From: a virus
Reading direction: 5' to 3' (one strand)
Length of the DNA stretch: 64,000 nt
Virus record (IMG/VR): IMGVR_UViG_3300024348_000007
Part shown: positions 59,672 through 64,000 of the stretch, piece after piece
Layout: every line of letters begins with the position of its first letter
Numbering within the stretch: the stretch's first letter is position 1
The notes under the pieces: model-generated
The model's input: only the letters and a program-made list of their open reading frames with translations
What the model was told of the DNA's origin: nothing
Database searches by the model: none
Program-made: the position numbers and the translations under genes

Positions 59672-60728
59672 AATCAAATCCTGTAATTAAGTTCTGTCCA
59701 GTTTTTTCCATATAGTTAAACCACATTCTCATGATGCAGTCAGGTAAGTCTCGTTCTCTATTCTTCCAATCCCATTGGGTATAACATCTAAATCCACATT
59801 TGTTCCACCACTTACAAGATAAACAACCATTCTCGTCCATATATGCTTGCATCATACCAGCATTATCTTTGGGTTTATATTCTGTATTAAAATCTCTCTG
59901 ATCATATCTATCCCATCTACAGTTTGACGTAGAATTATCGGGGAATATCGTAACCTTATTTAAAGCCAAGCAATGCATATGGTTACTATCATTATATATA
60001 AGATCTTTTATAGGATTAATATCGGGATAGTTATGATATACAAATTTAAGAAATTCTAAGTATTCACTATCAGATGGAATCATATAATCATAACCACGAT
60101 CTGGAATGTAATCATCAAAGTAAAAGTTATCAAACTTTTCATATAGATAGTGAAAATACTCATCATCGTCTGCCATAAACTTTTTTATTGATAAAGTAGT
60201 AGCAACCATATTAATTGATACGATATAGTCGGCAAAGTATTCTATATTTTTAGCATATGGACCTTTTGTTGGTCGCCCATCAAAGTCATATGAACATATA
60301 ATATGTGAAGGAATTGCTTCAGCGTTTAGGTCGTCGAGCAGTCGCTGAACTCTGTCTCGTTTACTAAATTGAAACGATGTTACCCACACAACTTTAATTT
60401 TTTGTTTATGTTCGTCAAATATCTTTTTAATTGCTACAAGGAAATCAAAGTAAACAGGGTAAGCCCATTCTGATATTCTATCTTGGAATAACTCACCGCC
60501 AACCATATTGATTTGGATTATATCAACTCTGCCTTTCATCTTAATGACATGTTGTTCAACTAAATCCAATTTAGAGAATATCTCTTCCCTACTCAATCCT
60601 ACGGTAGATTTTTTATCATGATGGCAGAACGAACAATTGAGGTGACAGTTTTCAAATAAAGTCAACTCAATCTCAGCGATATCAGGTCGTTTAGTTTCTA
60701 ATAATGTTTTTGTTATTTCAAAGTCCAA
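59649..60728 (-). CDS. Radical SAM protein with SPASM-like C-terminus
   Basis: CHLNCSFC, MVGGELF, C-terminal HC...NC...CLSCKWWNKCGFRC...DC. Probable TTG start at 60728 after GAGG (ORF open to 60785). Confidence 0.85.
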   Translation of the reverse strand: MDFEITKTLLETKRPDIAEIELTLFENCHLNCSFCHHDKKSTVGLSREEIFSKLDLVEQHVIKMKGRVDIIQINMVGGELFQDRISEWAYPVYFDFLVAIKKIFDEHKQKIKVVWVTSFQFSKRDRVQRLLDDLNAEAIPSHIICSYDFDGRPTKGPYAKNIEYFADYIVSINMVATTLSIKKFMADDDEYFHYLYEKFDNFYFDDYIPDRGYDYMIPSDSEYLEFLKFVYHNYPDINPIKDLIYNDSNHMHCLALNKVTIFPDNSTSNCRWDRYDQRDFNTEYKPKDNAGMMQAYMDENGCLSCKWWNKCGFRCYTQWDWKNRERDLPDCIMRMWFNYMEKTGQNLITGFDYEKKTRD

Positions 60729-61116
60729 ATAACATTTCCTCTTTATAGTATTCGTAGATATCGGGAACCATACCAAGTTTTTCATTAAACTCTAGTTGGA
60801 ATAGTATCTCGTCGTAAGTTTCTTTGTCTTGCCAATATGGAACAAAGTGCGGATCATTATTAAATAGTAACTCAGGATCGTTAAGTGCATCGAAAAACGG
60901 TTCGTTAAAATCCCTGTTTAACCAATGAGCATAACATATAGCAACTACATATGATTTAGCTGGGTAAATCCATTCGTCTACATACTCTCTGAAGTGTGTT
61001 AGAGCAAACTCAACCGTAAGGTCAGGTTGCCAATTAATCTCCACGTCAGTCAGATCATCTTTGAATAAAGATGCTGTCAAATGATATGCGCTTTGTCTAG
61101 CTTTCCATTCTTTCAT
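60718..61116 (-). CDS. Hypothetical protein in radical SAM cluster
   Basis: Acidic, aromatic-rich ~132-aa ORF overlapping both neighbouring radical SAM genes; start at 61116 or 61143. Confidence 0.7.
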   Translation of the reverse strand: MKEWKARQSAYHLTASLFKDDLTDVEINWQPDLTVEFALTHFREYVDEWIYPAKSYVVAICYAHWLNRDFNEPFFDALNDPELLFNNDPHFVPYWQDKETYDEILFQLEFNEKLGMVPDIYEYYKEEMLFGL

Positions 61117-62005
61117 AATATTCCAACAATCCTTTATATCCATTACAACTATTAGTCAAATCTTTAACATATCGGTAATGTTCTGTTAAACAATTACCAT
61201 AATATTTACACGTCTTACATATTTCGCTTAGATTGTTCTCAGGTTCTTCCCTTGCCCACTTCTTGTACTCATAATATGTTTTATATTCTTTGAAGTATTC
61301 CCTATCATATTTATCGAACTCCAATACCCCAAACTTACCAGATGGAGTAATATACACATGATCATTACTAAAAGCATCATACTCTTTATCTATGCTTCTC
61401 CATATATTATCCATATTCTGAAAATTAAACTTTTTCTCTGTTTTTGCTTCGTCAAACTTAATAACAAAATCTTCAAAGTCTTTGTGTGTAACAGGATGTG
61501 CATTTGCTTGGTTTATTGAGTAAGGTTTAATTTCTACAGACTTAATATTAGATACCATATTAAGAGTGAAGATCATAAACTCTACATCCATCTCTAATAC
61601 TTTTGGAGAGGCCAATATTAATACAGATAAATCCTTATTGGCGTTCATCATATTATTTAAAACATGCTGTTCTTTTTCTCTGGCATGGAAATCATATGAT
61701 ACAGATAATGTTACATCCTCATCTCGAAAGAAGTCTGGGAACGCAGACAAATTAGTATTGATATTGATAGGACCTTTGTAATAATTACGTATTACTTTCT
61801 TTAATGAATAATAATATTCTGGTGATAGTAAACCAATCTCACCGCCGTATAGATCTACGTGCCCTATTTGATCATCTACTTGACTTAAAGAATGATCTAA
61901 CCATAAAGGCGTTATCTTATGTCTATCGTTTAATTGTGCTGGCGTTAAATAACAAAAATCACAACTGAAGTTACAATAGTAGGTGGGATTAATTGATAGA
62001 TTCAT
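61097..62005 (-). CDS. Radical SAM protein with partial SPASM-like C-terminus
   Basis: NPTYYCNFSCDFC, LYGGEIG, C-terminal CKTCKYYGNCLTEH...SC; start at 62005 or 62011. Confidence 0.85.
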   Translation of the reverse strand: MNLSINPTYYCNFSCDFCYLTPAQLNDRHKITPLWLDHSLSQVDDQIGHVDLYGGEIGLLSPEYYYSLKKVIRNYYKGPININTNLSAFPDFFRDEDVTLSVSYDFHAREKEQHVLNNMMNANKDLSVLILASPKVLEMDVEFMIFTLNMVSNIKSVEIKPYSINQANAHPVTHKDFEDFVIKFDEAKTEKKFNFQNMDNIWRSIDKEYDAFSNDHVYITPSGKFGVLEFDKYDREYFKEYKTYYEYKKWAREEPENNLSEICKTCKYYGNCLTEHYRYVKDLTNSCNGYKGLLEYYERMES

Positions 62006-63026
62006 CAACATAAGGCGTCACCATATCTGGGCTCATTCCATTCGTAGCAAGTATTCTTGGAGCGAGCGTTTTCATTTGTTTGCAATGTGCTTCATTTGTC
62101 CCTTCTCTTTTCATATCACGTACTGTCTTTTTACAACCATTACATATTTCGAACATTGGACACGTATAGCAAGCCATCTTCATTGTTTGGATATGAGGAT
62201 CGTTAGCCAATGGAGTCTGCATTTCGCCATTCATTTCTTCCTCAAAATCAATAGGATAATCCATATCATCAGCAAACGAACCGCAAGAATAGTAATCACC
62301 GCCAGGGTTAAAAGCTCGAATGCCACTATCACATTGTCTATTTTGTGGACAAGATGTTGAAAAACCTTTGAGGCGTTTCATCATTTGCTTTGTATTATAT
62401 TCGTATTCTGCTAATCCACGATCGTATATCTCAAGATATGTTTCGTAAATCTTACTTAACTGATATGTACTGCCTTGAACACCAGAAGCCATAGCATAAT
62501 TTAGTTTGCATTCTACACCCATTTCTTTAGCAAGTTCAACGTTCTTAATAGCAAGATGTTCGTTCTCATCTGTTATGACGGCAATAAAGTCTGGTCTTTC
62601 TCCAGTGTGTTTCAACATAGCGTTTGATACCATCCAAAAATCTTTCTCAGTAAATTCGGAATAATCACCTTTTAATCTACCACCACCATATTGAAATGAT
62701 GTTGCACAACCAAACCTATCATTCTTAAAGATAGGAAGCCACTTCTCGGGACGCATTAAAAAAGGCCACAGATTAGATGTAAAACTAATTGATGCGGGAT
62801 AATCATGTTCATTAAGATGATCTATTAGTTCCTGATAATATTCTGGCTTTACCATAAGAGGGTCACCACCATTAACGATAATAGTATTAGTATCGGGATA
62901 TCGCTTAAGAAATTTGTATATGTATTCCAAGTCTAATAAGCCAACTTCGTTAGGATCGATGTCGGTAGAAGAACAAAATGTACATTTAAAATTGCAAGCT
63001 TCAGTGGGTTTAATAATTAAATCCAT
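61989..63026 (-). CDS. Radical SAM/SPASM domain protein
   Basis: IIKPTEACNFKCTFC, NGGDPL, SPASM-like CPQNRQC...YSCG...CYTCPMFEICNGC...HC. Confidence 0.9.
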   Translation of the reverse strand: MDLIIKPTEACNFKCTFCSSTDIDPNEVGLLDLEYIYKFLKRYPDTNTIIVNGGDPLMVKPEYYQELIDHLNEHDYPASISFTSNLWPFLMRPEKWLPIFKNDRFGCATSFQYGGGRLKGDYSEFTEKDFWMVSNAMLKHTGERPDFIAVITDENEHLAIKNVELAKEMGVECKLNYAMASGVQGSTYQLSKIYETYLEIYDRGLAEYEYNTKQMMKRLKGFSTSCPQNRQCDSGIRAFNPGGDYYSCGSFADDMDYPIDFEEEMNGEMQTPLANDPHIQTMKMACYTCPMFEICNGCKKTVRDMKREGTNEAHCKQMKTLAPRILATNGMSPDMVTPYVDESIN

Positions 63027-64000
63027 CCCTTATCTCCTGCTAGTTTTAGCATTAGAGTTTTAGGCGCTGGACAAACGTCTTCCATCCATTGAAGTTGGTG
63101 ACAATCAGAATGGCAATAGATAAAGACTGGGCAATCATAACATCTTGGATCACGATCATGAGTTTCACACGAAATGATTTCCATTCGTTTCGGGCTTAAT
63201 CTTACTTCTTTTGCTGGCATACTAATATCACCATACCATTGAGTAGGCGCAGTATTAGGACAACCTGCTACAGTTCCATCAGCATTGATTGTGTGTATCT
63301 TTTGTTCACAATCCCTACAGAACGTACCATTAAAGAATTGACCTTTACTAAACTTATCATAAACTGAGTTAAGAAAGTTGTTTTCAATAGGGTGATCTTT
63401 AGTTGTCTCATGCATTTTCATCCAAAAAGCATCGAGCTCAGAATTATGAGGGAAGATTTCTGTGTTTATCGTTGCGTTACCATCATGAGTAAGTCTTTCA
63501 TAACTAATAGTACCAATACCTAATGAATACATATAATCAGCAATTTCAAGAGGATCCATTGCAACAACATCTTTAGACACTGAAATAAAGCATTGGATAT
63601 AACATCCCTCAGCTACCAAAAGCTTTACATTATCTTCCCATAACTTTCTCTGCTTTTCATTTGCAAATCTAATATTTGGGTCCCAAGATGTACCGATAGA
63701 ACCAGAGTCTAATATTTTAAGAAACTCGATACGTTCATCTGTAAGTTTATAAGTTAGATTTGTTGTAATACCATGTGTGCATTTATCACCCCAATGATCT
63801 TTCGTAACATTGTAGAAATGCCACAGATCTTTCATAGGCGCTAGCAAAGGTTCTCCACCATGATATTCGAAGTGAATACGGTTTGAACCATCGTCTAGTT
63901 CGTTACACCACTTTGCAGTTTTATCTGCATCAAAATAAATTTTACGACCATTGATACCAGAGGTAAAACAATGTGCACAATTTAAATTACAAGTTTCTGT
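63017..64000 (-). CDS. Radical SAM/SPASM domain protein, 5'-truncated by the window end
   Basis: The frame stays open upstream of the listed ORF to base 64000 and reads TETCNLNCAHCFTSG...EYHGGEPLLAP. SPASM-like CRDC...GCP...CYDC-X5-C-X3-C...C. Confidence 0.9.
   Translation of the reverse strand, partial: TETCNLNCAHCFTSGINGRKIYFDADKTAKWCNELDDGSNRIHFEYHGGEPLLAPMKDLWHFYNVTKDHWGDKCTHGITTNLTYKLTDERIEFLKILDSGSIGTSWDPNIRFANEKQRKLWEDNVKLLVAEGCYIQCFISVSKDVVAMDPLEIADYMYSLGIGTISYERLTHDGNATINTEIFPHNSELDAFWMKMHETTKDHPIENNFLNSVYDKFSKGQFFNGTFCRDCEQKIHTINADGTVAGCPNTAPTQWYGDISMPAKEVRLSPKRMEIISCETHDRDPRCYDCPVFIYCHSDCHQLQWMEDVCPAPKTLMLKLAGDKGWI

Noticed and set aside
61983-62360. 125-aa + strand ORF opposite a radical SAM gene
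   Set aside because: Antisense to a well-supported SPASM domain coding region; no independent support.
63095-63116. CHSDCH in the last radical SAM protein resembles the substrate tail CHSSCH
   Set aside because: It occupies the normal SPASM CX2CX5CX3C position (usually C-x-G-G-C), so the resemblance is probably coincidental.
51532-64000. Assigning the radical SAM genes to known phage functions (NrdG, QueE, MoaA) or naming them HxsB/HxsC
   Set aside because: No nrdD, que or moa partner genes in the window and the motifs do not match those families. The substrate repeat has period 4 (CHxS) rather than the period-3 HxS repeat, so specific names are unsupported without an HMM search.

Overview
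AT-rich segment of a large T4-like myovirus genome, related in gene content and order to marine cyanophage/pelagiphage-type phages. The host cannot be assigned from this window. Bases 1-50.7 kb are a late structural module on the + strand: M15 peptidase, gp25, gp6, gp7-like, S8 protease, gp8, a VrlC/DUF4815-like protein, several tail fibres/adhesins, a 4013-aa repeat protein and a collagen-like fibre. Exact T4 late promoters (TATAAATA) punctuate this module. Directly after the longest fibre gene lies the main find. Two paralogous ~140-aa proteins end in C-H-x-S-C-H-S-S-C-H-T-S-R-G-R-R. They are followed by five divergent, mutually paralogous radical SAM enzymes and two unknown proteins on the + strand, which converge on a - strand cassette with four more radical SAM/SPASM enzymes. 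That gives nine radical SAM genes in ~12.5 kb, and the cluster runs off the window end. I infer a phage-encoded, probably late-expressed, RiPP-like post-translational modification system, possibly acting on virion/fibre-tip proteins. Secondary finds are phycobiliprotein-like C-x-R-D repeats and nested domain insertions in the 4013-aa protein, and a cupredoxin-like His/Cys/His/Met module in the collagen fibre. All calls come from reading motifs by eye; no database searches were run.
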